From Eledone cirrhosa (Eukaryota): 64,000 bases of DNA. Below are positions 48,615-61,906 of the stretch, piece after piece; the stretch's first letter is position 1, and the number at the start of each line of letters is the position of its first letter. The notes below the pieces were generated by a model that saw only the letters and a list, made by a program, of their open reading frames with translations, did no database searches and was not told the origin of the DNA. The position numbers and the translations under genes were made by a program. The DNA is taken from positions 154,112 to 218,111 of the forward strand of contig CAXHJY010000593.1 of NCBI GenBank assembly GCA_964016885.1. The letters run 5' to 3'.

Positions 48615-49078
48615 TAAAATAACAGATTAAAGTTTAAGTAAAGAATCGCTGCTTTCACCCTTAACAGGATCTTCTGAAACTAAAAAAATCAATCTGAAGT
48701 AAATATTTCGAAAAATGTTACACACTATATATATATATATATATACACACACTATAAATACATATATACACACACACACTCAGATAGCGACGTCACAATG
48801 TCGTAATGCAGACAGCCAGACATACAGACAGATATTATAAGGGCGCAACGTTATATCTATGTATCTATCTAAAAAGAAAGACTAAGAATTATAAAGAGAG
48901 ATCACTAAATCGCCTATGCGGTCCCTATGGCATTGAAAATTTGAAATATGTTTTGCTCAAAACACTCACAGGACCATAAGTATTACATGTATAAAGTTTG
49001 AAAACAATCGGTTGGGTGGTTCTCGAGTTTTAGGGAGTCAGACAGACAGACTAACATTCTCTGTTTTAGATATATAGA
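48424..49078 (-). mobile_element. non-autonomous Helitron
   Basis: On the minus strand: A|TCTATATAT 5' end, CTAG|T 3' end, decayed GC-rich subterminal hairpin, (GTCT)n microsatellite near the 5' end, no TSD. Confidence 0.8.
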
Positions 49079-49079
49079 T

Positions 49080-49263
49080 AAGATGAGCATAAAGTCTTTC
49101 CTTGATTATAGATCTTTATTAAGCAAAACATAAACAAGATGGAAAAACAACTTTTGGCACACTTATGGCATATGTCTAGAAGTGAACCTTAACATGAGCC
49201 CCACTTAAATAGTATCTGAGATATGGTATTTTATAATCAGGGAAAGACTTTATGCTCACCCTG
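49080..49263. mobile_element. mariner-type MITE
   Basis: ~30-bp TIRs: TGAGCATAAAGTCTTTCCTTGATTATA / TATAATCAGGGAAAGACTTTATGCTCA(CCCTG). Confidence 0.88.
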
Positions 49264-49331
49264 AATATATATATATGTGTGTGTATATATATATAAAATT
49301 AGAATTGGTGCTCTGAAATAGTGATATATAT

Positions 49332-49681
49332 ATCATCATCATCATCATCATCATCATCATTTTACATCCGCTTTTCCCTGCTTGCAAGGGTGGGACGGGA
49401 ACTGATTCTGGCTTGATTTCTACAGCTGGATGCCCTTCCTAACACCAACCTCATTTACAGTGAGTGCTGGGTGCTTTTTTGCCGTGGCACCTCAACGACC
49501 ACTTTGCAGTGGAATGATAGGGACCCCAGTCCTATCATCTCATTTCTACAGCTGACTAAACTGGAGCAATGTGAAATAAAGTGTCTTGCTCAAGGAATCA
49601 ACACATCACTCGGTCTGAGAATTGAACTCACAACCTTTTGATTGCAAGGCCAATGCTCTAACCACTAAGCCATGTGCCTCC
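49332..49681 (-). mobile_element. young SINE type A1
   Basis: Near-identical to the reverse complement of 45676-46026. Confidence 0.93.
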
Positions 49682-51004
49682 ATAATATGAATGTATATAT
49701 ATAGTGTATTTTGCAATACACTGTATGCTTAATTAAAGGCATTTTGAAGACCATACGCTATTGTTTTAAAATAGTGACAATGTCACTTATTTAAATTTTC
49801 AGCAAACAGGGGGAGATAAACTAACAGAGCTCTGTTTCGTACTTTATACACTATATATACATTCATATATAATATATATATATATAGCATGGTGTCTGAG
49901 AAAAATGTATGTCTGGTGATAGATGCAGCCTCATATCAGAAATAGAATCTAGATTCAACTATAAGCTTAGCTGATGGAATGATTAGGGAAATCTTGTCTA
50001 AAGATGAGCACTGGAATGGCTTCTCTTGACTCCCAGAAACCATTAAATTGAGCAATGCCAATTAATGAAACACCAACATAATAGTTGTTTAAAGTGTCAA
50101 CTTGTTACTAATCTGCAATACATATTTCTATCTAGGTGGGCTGTGCCTCGGGCAATGTGCAGTTTGGAGGTGCACACACACACAGTGTTGTCTTGACTAT
50201 AGATCCAGTGATGTGTTAATGATATGATATGAATCTACAACCACTCAGCTGGTTTTGTATTACTCTTTCCAAGCTATATATCACCAAATTTTTGTTTTTC
50301 CATGTTGGTAATACAACATTCTTCTATGCATCTTAATACTGTGTCACCTCATTTATAAATTCTACTCAGATGGTTTTTTTTACAAATCTTCTTTGGATTG
50401 CTTTTACTATGAATATCTTCCACTAATAACTATATCTTCACTGTGCTTGCATTATCCATTTACATTACAATTTGTTCGTTGTGCATACATCTGCCAATAT
50501 GCTTGCTATACAATTACTTTCTTGGGTCAAAAAGGTATATCAGTATACTTTTAATACATATTTTTTAATCTTATCATATTGTACATTAAAGATATATTAT
50601 TATTGATATTGACAGTCTTGTTTTTATTGCATGTTTTCACAACTCAATCACCTGAAAATGTATTGAGAGTACATTATGTAATAAGTGTGTGAAGTCTTTG
50701 GTCTTTTACTGTAACAAAATCTCTTTGGTTTTGGTTTACTTCCATTTTTCCCAATCTTGTTGGATATTGTCTTTGTAAAGGACTTTTCTTTTCCCTAATA
50801 TCTTTTAATATGACATTTTCTAATCCATAATCATAAATATTTTGGAAGATTTTTCCTGTAAAATTAGAATATTTCCTTTGATACCAAGCAGTGAAACCAC
50901 TGTCAGAATTAAATATATTCTGCTTATGTCAGTTTGTTCCCCCACCCCTATAAAAATCTCATACTTCTGATCTTTTTTACCTTTACCTAATATATTGGCT
51001 TCGA

Positions 51005-51555
51005 CACATACATACACACACTCTCTCTCTCTCTCACACACACACCACATATACATATATACACATTCTCTCTCTCTCTCACACACACCACATATACATG
51101 CTCATTTAGTAGAAATGATTACTAATCAAACTGCTATTTTGTTACAAGAAAATCTGCTGCTGCTGCTTTTTTTCTATTTAATTACCTATTAACTTGTAAA
51201 GATCTGATATAGAAATCAATACAGAGTACATATGTACGAATATATATATGTATGTGTGTGTGTGTACATGTGTGTGTATGTACATGAGTGTATATATGTG
51301 TGTGTGTACATGTGTGTATATATATATGTGTGTGTAAGACATATTAAACTGTGCTGTATCTATGTATGTTATGATTTTCCAACACACTTTCTCCCCCACC
51401 CTCTCCCCCCTCTCTCTCTCTCGCTCCTCTCCCCTCTCTCGCTCCTCTCCCCCCTCTCGCTCCTCTCCCCTCTCTCGCTCCTCCCCCCTCTCTATGTTAC
51501 TCTTCCCTCTATCCCCACCTCCTCTCTCCCACCCACTCTCTGTACCCCCCCCCTG
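51005..51555. repeat. microsatellite cluster: (CA)/(CT) blocks, a (TG/TA) block and an 18-bp pyrimidine unit x~4
   Basis: CTCTCGCTCCTCTCCCC(T/C) repeated at 51417-51490; alternating purine-pyrimidine run at 51230-51335. Confidence 0.9.
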
Positions 51556-53345
51556 CTTTCTACCACTGTGTGTCTCAATTTTTGAGTAGTAAACTACTTT
51601 GAATTTTATAATTGGCGTGAATATAAGAAAAGTGCTGAAGCAGCAACAATGGATTATGATATAGTCGTTTCTTGCATCATCATCATCACCATCATTGTCA
51701 TCATCACCATCATCATTGTCATTATTATTATTATCATTATCTACTCTCCTGGTATATACTACATAATAGAAATATGTTCTAAGATTAAATACTTAGAGCA
51801 ATAAAAATAAAATTATTATTCTTACACACTAATGCGATAAATAGCATCAGTCACTTGACCTCCTGTTATTGATTGAAGCCATCAATATGTGATCAGTTCT
51901 ATTGATTTCAGGAAGAGAGTGAAATGGGATTTGTGATATTGATGATTTTCTAAGAGCATTAGTGATGTTAGTAAAATGAAATAGTTACTAAGAAAGATCA
52001 AAACTTGATTAAAAAACACTATTTTCTAGGAGCTTACCTCCTGCTATATTTTTTCATACCAGAGAAGAAGAGAAAGATAATTAGAGTAGACAACTATGAA
52101 CTAGATACACCCACGTGAATGATATCAGCAGCCATAAGTTGATAGGGTCTAAGATGCATTACTTATCTCTCTTAGCAATGCTATCTATTTTACCTTCATA
52201 TTTAATGCTTCTGCTCCTTAGAGACACATTTTAATATATGTGCTTCGTAAATGCCAATTTATTTCATTCTAAATCATTGTTGTTAAATTAGCATATGATA
52301 CCTAGCTATATTCATTATAAACATATACTAAATTTAGAATTTAAAAACATAATTATCATTTTAAAGATAATAGGGAGTATAGCTGAGAGTTTGCTGCTAT
52401 ATTGAATGGTTAAGAAATTCTGTAGAACCTGTCTCTCTTTGTCATGGGGCCTCTACTGGAACAGCATACTATACACTAAGCCCATTGTACATTTTTGATG
52501 TCAGTCTAACATATTTGAAAGATTTGTTGACACAAGAAGTGTTCACATGTTCTCATCCACTAGTTAATATGACTTCTGGCTTTCCTTCCAAACTACCACT
52601 CTGGAATATATATCAAGAAATATTAGATAATTTCAACACAAAATCCACACTCACATACCTTTCCTAGTTTCTGTTAACACATCATTCCAAGTTGTTAACA
52701 CAATACACTCATAAACTCACACCAACATTGTTTCAAATCACACAAGTCATAATTCTAAAACCACATAGATACACATGTACTTGAATCTTGACTCCACCAG
52801 AACCGATTTGGTACAACTAGTTGTACCAAACATTACTATTTTTATAGTATGCATAAGTATCACTTGATCATACTACTTTATACTGAATTAATGTCAATAT
52901 TTACACACAAATATCTAAAATTCTAGGCATTAGTAATTCTAAGTATATCAGTGTCATTTACACAATACTGTAAATAATAATGTCTCAGTTACACAGATGA
53001 ATAGACACTTTATAAGCACAACATTTGGTAAAATTAAGAATAAGATAAACTCTGCCACCAGAATGCAGCTTGATTTAGACAAACACAAAACTTATATGCA
53101 TAACAGAAACAAATTTGTTATTCAGTTGTATAGATAACATTACAAATTGTTCCCAATTCTTTCTGAATAAAAATATAAACACATATAGTAAATATGATTA
53201 TCTATGGCTAGGAACCTTACATATATAATGCACAAAAATATAGGATCAAAGCGAGAAAAAAAAAATGACTATCAATTCACTACCAAGTGTGACAATCAGC
53301 CGCACATCACAAGGATCAATGGGAATTTTCCTCTTTTGGCTCACC

Positions 53346-53816
53346 TTAACGTTTTGTTATCATATTCTAATGAAAGACACAGCCTGTTATTTTCAAATTA
53401 ATTTGAAAAGAATTGAAAATTTGAAGGGATTTAGTAAAATAAATAACTTTCTCATCATTAAGCTGGTGTTTGGAATATAACTTAACAAAGTTTCTTACAT
53501 AAAATTAGATAGGTTTTTAAATAATTATGAACATTTTGAAATAAGCAGCTTTGTATCATTAACCCTTTAGTTACCAACCCGGCCAAAATCGGTTCTGGTT
53601 CTATGAAACAAAATCACCCATTTTAAAGGTTTCCCATATAAATTAAAATCTTCCAACATAATTTTATATAAGAACCTTAAATTAAGTTACTATCTTAGTA
53701 ATGAAATAATTAATAATTTTAGTAAATCCTTCAAAATTCTTCATTAATTAATAAATGTGGTCATGAAAGGGTTAAACCATGTGTGGTTTCAGGTGGATTG
53801 CTATTGAAAGAGTTAA
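53346..53816 (-). mobile_element. old P1 piggyBac-type MITE containing a nested, opposite-orientation P1 copy
   Basis: Outer halves match 19276-19771; TTAA at both outer ends. Confidence 0.7.
53559..53775 (+). mobile_element. piggyBac-type MITE P1 (nested)
   Basis: TTAA-CCCTTT ... AAAGGG-TTAA with perfect TSD; matches 31493-31814. Confidence 0.9.
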
Positions 53817-54899
53817 ATAACTCTTGATAAAACTAATCTATGTACTCACCTAGTCAATCAACTCCAAAGTGTTCATCTATAGCAAAAAATAAAAATAAAT
53901 AGAAAATTAGATGTGGCATGCTTTGATGGACTAACTGTTTTCCCTATTTCCAAACACTGCATAAAAGAGTGTTTAATGTGGTACAATATTAAACTGAAGA
54001 ATGATATTCATTTCAATCCTATTAGATGTTACATTTTCACTTGAATCTCTTACGTTCAAACAACATTCTGTCTATCTCCATTTATGTATCTGTGTGTATT
54101 ATCATTATTAAGTTGGTTAGTTTCCCTTCTATGGTGCTGCTTTATACAAACAAGAGATTTATTGTTATGAAATTTGTTTTAATCAACCAATCAGCTGCCA
54201 CCATGTTAGTTGATGCAGACTACCTAAGTTATGTGTGAACTGGCAACATTAATTGCAAGTGGCCATAATTGTGATAACTGTATTTCCTTTCTAAATTTGG
54301 CTATTTGCTAAGCCCTAAATAGTTGACTTTAGAAATAGTGGTTGTTGTTCTACATGGTTATTCTTGTTGCCTCCATTGATTCTTTCAATCTGTTTCACAT
54401 CACATGACATCTCTTAAGCTCTTTGAAAATTTCAGTTAGCAAATCTATGCCGTATATATCCAGTTTAAGTACACAGTATCTCTGCATATCATAAGAAGTG
54501 ACTAAAATGTCAGTGTCAGAAAGGACACAAGGCTGTAAAACCTCAAGAAATCCTGTCCAACTCATGCCAGCATGAAACAGTCAATGTAGAAACAATGATG
54601 AATCAGAAATCATCATTCTTGCTCTGTTAAAAATTGGATCTGTTACAATGCTTTTATTACAAATTCTTACTGGTATTCTAGAATGGGTTTTAAAATATAA
54701 TAATACTACTTACATTTCAGTATGATTAAGATGAAGTTTTACAAGGATTGTAAAATAGTTTGTAACAATCATATACTCAACAGAGAAATACCCTTGCAAA
54801 CACTAATTCAGTAATCAGAAGGGAGGTAGGCGTAAAAGCCAAACTTGATATCTTCAATTCGATATTCATTCCAACCCTTACCTATGGTCATAAATCTTG

Positions 54900-55063
54900 G
54901 GTAATAACTGAAAGAATATGACAAGCAGCCAAAATGGGGTTCCTCCAAAGGAGTAACATTACTCAATAGAGGGCGTTGCTTGGAGACCAGAGAGTCACTC
55001 CAGGTTGCTTCTGACAGAACCTACCCCCACCACCCTCTCAGGAATGAGTGGGTGAAAAAGAAG
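54900..55063 (+). mobile_element. internally deleted Expander-like RTE 3' fragment
   Basis: QAAKMGFLQR-like segment joined to CCCTCTCAGGAATGAGTGGGTGAAAAAGAAG, matching the ends at 5703 and 19653. Confidence 0.55.
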
Positions 55064-56961
55064 TGTCACGGAATGATTAGAATAAACCAGTCAATCAATT
55101 ATTCCATTACAGATAGTGCCATGTAACAAATGTACACTATACATTATTTCCAGTTGCCTATCATACATCATTGCTAGGTTGGGAACACATTGTGAAAAAT
55201 GAAGATTAGATAAAAAATAGCAATTCAGAACATTAACTTCCACTAGTATATTTTACTATTTATCTCTAGCTGCCATATTTTTCATATAAACAATTCGTCG
55301 AGTTGGTGATATTAATGATAATGATAATGACAGCGATGATGATGATGATTGTGGCAGCCATGGAGATGACAATGATGATCTTGGTGATCATATCTGATGT
55401 AACAAAGAGATAGTGAATGGTGTGAGAGACACACAGTTGGATGTAATGGCACATGATTGCCTTTGTAACATTGCTAATGGATGTAAAACAGTTACAGCAA
55501 ATAATAAATATAATATTCTCTTAATAAAACATAAAGATTAGACAAAGAAAATCTGGATATTATTATGTTCCTGCCTTCCCCCCAACATCATTAACAGCCT
55601 AAGTTAAAATGTTCTGATTAGTAGAGCATACAGACGAGATTATAGACTTGGAGAGGAGATGGGCACTGCCAAGCATTTCTAAGGCCTATTGAAATGCCAT
55701 GATGAATACACAGTCAAGTGTCTAGAGTGGCATCCCAACGACTGGCTGCACTAGCTACAGGAACGTGATTGATTGATTTATAAACTAGATTTGCTATTAA
55801 CATACTGCTACACTGTGGCACTTAACATTTAAGAAAACAGAAAAATATATAATGCAAATGAAGAGAGATTTCTAATGAAGTAGTATTAGAGAAGATTTAT
55901 CTGTTATATTTAATGTCTAAAAGACATCAAAAGTTTTCTGGATTTTGGAGGATAACTGGTAAACCATTTTTCCTAATACTAGGTGCAGTACTGAGTATAT
56001 TTTCTGATGGGTACAGTAATACTGATATTACCAATGACTACTACAACTACTACCACCACCACTATCTAATACCTGCTACTCATTTATATGTTTATAGAAT
56101 AAAAAACCTGAAACACAAGATTGTAAGCAAGTCTTAATTTTGCATGACGTTGTCACAAAAATGTTGGATTTTTTTCAACTCCTGCCTTGCAACATATGTT
56201 TTGATCATCTAAGATTCAAAATCTGCAAATTTTATTTAAGAATTTTTTTTTTTAATGAAAAATTATTTTTGTTAGTAGATCTACAACCACAGTCTTTTTT
56301 ATTCTGTATAAATATATTTTGTTTGTATTTGAAACTATTAGTTTATTTCACTGCTAAAAATGTAAAACAATGTTGTTTCAGTTTCAATTACAATTTTTTA
56401 AGGATGAAAAGGTAATTACAAATGCAAACAAAATATATTTAAACACTTCAAACATGAACAAAGTATATGCCAGCTGTAAATCCTTTTATTAGTCACAAAG
56501 ACCAAAAGACATCGGAGAATAATTTATGAGATAATTTAAAATCTATTTAATCCCACCTCGGGGTAACATGAACTTGATTTCAAGTTACCAGAAGGTAAGG
56601 TAGATCAGAGGTAATCCAAAATCACAACACCAGTACACACAACAGCTAGTAATAACTCCTGGTGGAGTCGCAATAATCCTGACCCTAACTTTCATGAAAT
56701 TAGACAAAAGCTGTCAAAACTAAATGCATATATGATTAGATGACTAAACATTTAGAAAGTCAAGAGACTAAAACACTGTTCATTTGTTCATTATAATGGT
56801 CACCTTATTTAAAGTGTCACATCATTATACAAAAGATTTCACTTTCCCATGTGTCAAAGCATGTGGATATGGGATTGAACTATGTTACTCATTTCATGTC
56901 GTTGTTTAGAATAGGCAGCAAAGTATCTGGGAATGTTACCTTTGATAGTCTAGGCTGCTAT

Positions 56962-57150
56962 AGCACCCAGTACTCAGTGTAAATGAGATTGGCGCTAGGA
57001 AGGGCATCCAGCTGTAGAAACCAAGTCAAAATTAGTTCCGTTTGAACAAGACATGGTCACCTGACCTGGCATTGCTCACAACAGGATAACTCGTCTAACT
57101 CATGCTAGCATGGAAAAGTGGACGTTAAAGGAAGATGATGATAATGATGA
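56962..57150 (+). mobile_element. RTE LINE 3'UTR fragment flanked by 36-bp direct repeats
   Basis: Tail motifs as at 47213; direct repeats at 56926-56961 and 57160-57195. Confidence 0.88.
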
Positions 57151-57774
57151 TCTCATCCTTCTGGGAATGTTTCCTTTGATAGTCTAGGGTGCTATCCAAT
57201 GTTATATATATATATCTCATCCTTCTAACCCTGTGAAACATTAACCTAAGAATTGACACTTATAAACTTCTTAGATATCATGACAACATTGTAATTCTTT
57301 TTTGTTTAATGGCAGCAAAAGGGAGTTCTTCTTTTATCCAATCACATCTTTTGTTTCAGCCCACAGTTAATCCTTTACTCACACATTTGAGAATTTTTCC
57401 ATTTTTTTTTCTTTCGCCCTCTTTTTTGTTGTTACTTATTTTTTCTTTCTGTTTCCAGTTTATTATTATTATTAATTTTATTTTATGTATTAATCTTTAA
57501 ATTCTTGCTAATCACATAAAAGAAGATTTAACAACAACAACGACGACAAATGAATAAAAACATTGCTGTGAGGAAAAACATTGTATGGAATTGTAAAAAT
57601 AAAAATGTCAAGATGACATGAGAAAAGGGGAGAGAGAGAGATTGAAAAAAGAATAAATAAATAAATTGGATGAATTTTAAAGTTTAGATATCTGTTATTA
57701 AGATTAAATAAATACAACAAAAAAAAAAGATTATTTATTATGTACAACATACGAGGAATTTTTTTTCCATGGCG

Positions 57775-58495
57775 TAGGTGGTGGGTGTCGATATCCCTGT
57801 GTATGTGTGAAGTTGTGTAGGTGTTGGGTGTATGTGGAAGGGGAGATAATTGTTTAGGTGTGTGAAAGAGTTAGTGTAGGTGTGAGGGTGTGTACATGTG
57901 AAAGAAATGAAAAGATATATTTATGAAAATTGTATATACTGGTGATTGTGAGCTGGGGTAGGGGAGTATATTTATGTCGATGGATATATAGAGTGGGGGA
58001 TATTTGTGGTGTGTTTGTGTGTGGGTGTGTATTTAGTATAGGATGGGTGAAGGTGTGTATGTTTATTTGGTGGCGCTCTCTGTGGAAGACAGTGGGATTG
58101 TGTATGTCTGAAAGAAAGTGTGTGTGTGTGTGTGTGTGAAAAATGGATTGATCTGAGTTTAAATCAGGGAACAGTATGTGTTTGAATAGGGGTAGACTTA
58201 TTAGTACGGTGTAGATGGTGTGTAGATTTGTTTGGGGAAGTGTAGGTGTGTGTCTGTGTTTTTACACCAGAGGAATAATCTCTATGTATGGATGTAAATA
58301 GGAAGGTAATCCAATGCATGTGTGTGCTAGAGATAGAGGTGTGTAATTGAGTGGGTATGTTAGAGAGGTGAGGTAGCTGTGTGGAAGAGTTAAAAGGTGT
58401 GTGTGAAAGAATGATTCAGTGTGTTTGTCAGGAGAGGCTGTCAATGAGTAGGTGACTGAATCAAGTTTGTATAAGTGAAGAAGTGAGGGAGGGGA
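57775..58495. repeat. degenerate GT/GA-rich low-complexity tract
   Basis: Strong G+T skew with decayed (GT)n units. Confidence 0.7.
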
Positions 58496-58659
58496 ATGTT
58501 ACATTCAATAGCTGTAAATAGAGAACGTTTGCCTTCCAGCACATTGTCTATTCAAGTGTAGTATATAACACAGTCTAAATTATTTTACCATTCCGCTTAC
58601 TATTATTATCAATGAAAAAATAATAATTGTTAGTGTTATTTTGTTTTAAATGATCAATG

Positions 58660-58900
58660 AGATCACAGACCTTATTTGCTTACCAAGTGGTGTGGAACTT
58701 GTCAAATTGGACCAAGTAAACAAGTTTATATTGTTCTTTCCATTGCTGATATTATCTAGCAGTTGCAATTCCTGGAAGAAAGAACAACATGAAATAAAGT
58801 GTCTTACTCAAGGACAAAATGCATCGCCCGGTCTGGGAATCAAACTTACAACCTCATGATTGTGAATCCAATTCTCTAACCACTAAGCCAGATACCTTCA
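58660..58900 (-). mobile_element. SINE type A3
   Basis: Homologous to 38505-38720. Confidence 0.8.
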
Positions 58901-59302
58901 CTGTTATTATATTGTAAGAACAAAATTAGTATATGGGTGAGTGTAAGTAATTAAAAAGTCATATCTGAATACCTTGAAACCTTTTTGTACCCTTTATCTC
59001 ATAACAAATTTTCATTTTGTTCTGTAATTTGAGTTTACATCTCTGCCACCATAATACAGCAACTGACAAAGTGGAAACTGTACAATATACACAAATAGAG
59101 AGAATGACAGGCATTCAGCCACATTAATCTTTTCTTTCTACTCGTCATTTATTTCTTGAAAGTTTGTCTCTGAATTAGAATATTGTATTGGTAACATTTT
59201 AATTAAGAAGTATAAAATACAGATTGTTAAGTCCAAAATGATAGAAAGAAAACATTAGTATTTTAATAAAATGTTGTAGTTTGCTTGAAGCATTGTATAT
59301 GA

Positions 59303-59480
59303 TATAATGTGGAAAGTGATATATGGCTAAGTAATGAAAAATGGATGGTAGGATAAAGGTAAGGAAAAATTTAGTTACCTGGTAAACTTTGTTTTTGTTT
59401 GTTTCTTTTGTCCTAATATTTTGGGACTTAAAATTCCCTTCATCAGAGTATAAGGAACTGAGAAAACTGTTCCAGTTTCA
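59303..59480 (-). repeat. dispersed ~180-bp repeat (Penelope-pLTR-like, hammerhead-like motif), copy 1
   Basis: Reverse complement of 63030-63232; contains CTCTGATGAAGGGAATTTTAAGTCCCAAAATATTAGGA. Confidence 0.7.
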
Positions 59481-59798
59481 TCTCATTAGAATTTTTAATA
59501 AACAAAATAGGTCTGTTTCCAATTTTCTTCTCAACTTCAGATTATTTTTAATTATTATTGAAAAAAGAAATATGTACAAATCCAGAATCAGCAAATTCAC
59601 CCAAGTAAGGACCACTTGCCTTAAAATATCTGAACATTGTAGTATTCAAGATTTTAACTGTATTTATATAAGAACTAGTAATATATTGGGTTGATTCCAT
59701 CAACTATATCCTTTCTTGCTAAAACGATTGGTCTAGTATAATGTCAATGACATGAGTACCACCTTAGTGCTGGTGTCATGATAAAATGCACTCAGCAA

Positions 59799-60392
59799 TC
59801 ATCATCATCATTCGTCGACTACTGTCGAGATGATGGATCTCACTCTCATGCCCCAGAATTCCCTGTCCCCCATCGCTGCCCCCAGGTCCTGTCTACTGAT
59901 TCCCGTATCCCTAGAGATAACGTCAGGGAATGACAGCTTCCTACTCCTAGTCAGGCTGGAGTCAGGGTTCCAGAGCAAGAGAGCGGATATGATTTCATTG
60001 CTGGCACGGTGACAGTGGCCAGCAAATTGAGCTCTCCGGGATTTTAGAAGGGCAGAGGCTCGAGGGAGTTTGCCATAGATTTTAGACAAGGTGAGATGTC
60101 GTTTTGCACTCTCATTAAGAGGCGGGTATATGTGCCGTCCAATCTCCTCTCAAGTTGTGATGTTAGTGTCCAAGTTTCGGATCCATAAAGTAATATGGGC
60201 TTAATGGTTGCTTGGAATATTTCCAGTTTTAGCTTGTTGGTAAGTTGAGATGTCCATATGGTGTGCATGTCATTGCACGCTGACCATGCCATACCCTTCC
60301 TGGTTAGAAAATCTTTTTTGGAGGAGGAGATATATGAGCCAAGATACTTGTAATCTTCCACCTGCTTAAGGGTGGTACCAGCAAAGTGTGGG
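59799..60392 (-). mobile_element. RTE/RTEX-type LINE 3' fragment (RT C-terminal region)
   Basis: LKQVEDYKYLGS..ILLYGSETWTLT..RRAQFAGHCHR..LLLW (ORFs 60044-60397 and 59808-60089, one frameshift); the stop codon runs directly into the (TGA)n tail; inserted within an older RTE tail remnant. Confidence 0.9.
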
Positions 60393-60884
60393 ATCATAAG
60401 TGAGATGCAGGTGTCTGGCTCATCTGAGAAAACCCATTCAGACCTTGATAGCAGGGAAAACAGACATTAAATAATAACGATGATGGTGATGATGATAAAG
60501 ATGATATATATATTATTGTTGTTTGTGATTCTCAAAGAAATTAAATTAATTTTTACAAAATTAATTTACATGCTTAGTGGAAAATATCATCTTTGTTTTC
60601 ATCCAAAATACATTTCAGACAGTATTTAGTTCTATGTTTACATTCCAATTCAATTATTGTGTCAACCTGACTTTTACCTTCCCAAAAATGTCTGGCTAAG
60701 TACCAATTTGAAACAATGTTTTCAATTTAGGCTCCATGTGTAATTAAAGTGATCAGTATTAATTCTTCTTCTTCTTAATCATTATCACCTCTATCTTGTT
60801 AGTGATCTTGTCACCTATAAAATAGAACAAAGCTGTTTATAAATCTTATAAATCGTATCTTGAGCCAATGAAGGACGACTTGGA

Positions 60885-61070
60885 TTTAATCTGCTAGAAA
60901 TGGTAACCACATCTTACTCAAATTACACTCTGTTGTTTTAAAATGAGATGACATATTGGATAATGTAGTCTACTTCCTAGAAAAAATAAAAAGATGCAGT
61001 GATTACAGCTGGAATGATTTGATTATAAGGTTTACTCAATCAGGGTTGGTCTGGGGTAAACAACAAATCA
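60885..61070 (+). mobile_element. family D old repeat
   Basis: Homologous to 33550-33745. Confidence 0.6.
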
Positions 61071-61111
61071 CATTTGTAAAGTTTCTATTACCTCTTCTAA
61101 CAACTTTTACA

Positions 61112-61504
61112 TACTTTTGTGTCCCAAATAATGTGGGGGTGGGGAGTGAAATAAGTGAAGGAGTTTCGAAAATAGATAATTTTTCTAGTTTGTCCCCATT
61201 GATATTTTAAAAATCCAGAATTAGTCATTTAGTTTACATATTGAGACTCCACCCCATCCTCTTTATTTTATAACATATGGGATTTCTAGTAATGTTCTTT
61301 TTTTTTTCATGTATAATGTTTTTTTAATGTATAAAGAAAATTAATTATCACAGAAATGCTACCACTTAAAATAAAATGTTGCCAGATAGATTAGCAAAAT
61401 TTAATAGGAGGAGGTTGGAATAAGAGCGGGTGGGGGATCTTTGGAAAAATATCTGAAAAATTTATATAAGCGGGGATGAGGGGGTTATTCGAAATCTGAG
61501 AGTA
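61112..61504 (-). mobile_element. MITE family M1 copy
   Basis: TACTTTTGTGTCCCAAATAAT ... TTATTCGAAATCTGAGAGTA; body matches 42979-43341. Confidence 0.85.
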
Positions 61505-61739
61505 TGTATTTAATACTCTCAAGAAAGTCATCAGCATTACACAATCTCTTTGATAAACTTAAAGTGGCTATCTTTGAAATCTTTGTCATTATCATCAGCA
61601 AAATAGCTTCTTAATAACGATTTCTACTATTAAATAATGATTTCTACTATAATAGTTTCTTAATAATGTAGTAGAGTTATATAAACATAAAGAAAAAGAA
61701 CAGTATTGGATAGTACTATAAATGGTATAATTGAGAGGG

Positions 61740-61875
61740 AAAACAGGAGGGGAAGAGCAAGAACTAGTAGATAAAGGACGAAAGAAAGGGGAGAATGGGA
61801 GAGGGTGACAGACTCTACACCTAGGTCAGAGCAGTGTTTCAGCTGCATCCCACAGACAAAATGGCAAAGGCATTG
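61740..61875 (+). mobile_element. family E repeat
   Basis: GAGAGGGTGACAG..ACCTAGGTCAGAG..AGACAAAATGGCAAAGG matches 34610-34690. Confidence 0.7.
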
Positions 61876-61906
61876 ATATATTTTGGTATCATAAATCTCC
61901 ATAACA

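Noticed and set aside
55620-55765. Possible additional RTE coding fragment (..TVKCLEWHP..)
   Set aside because: Too short and degenerate to support without a database search.
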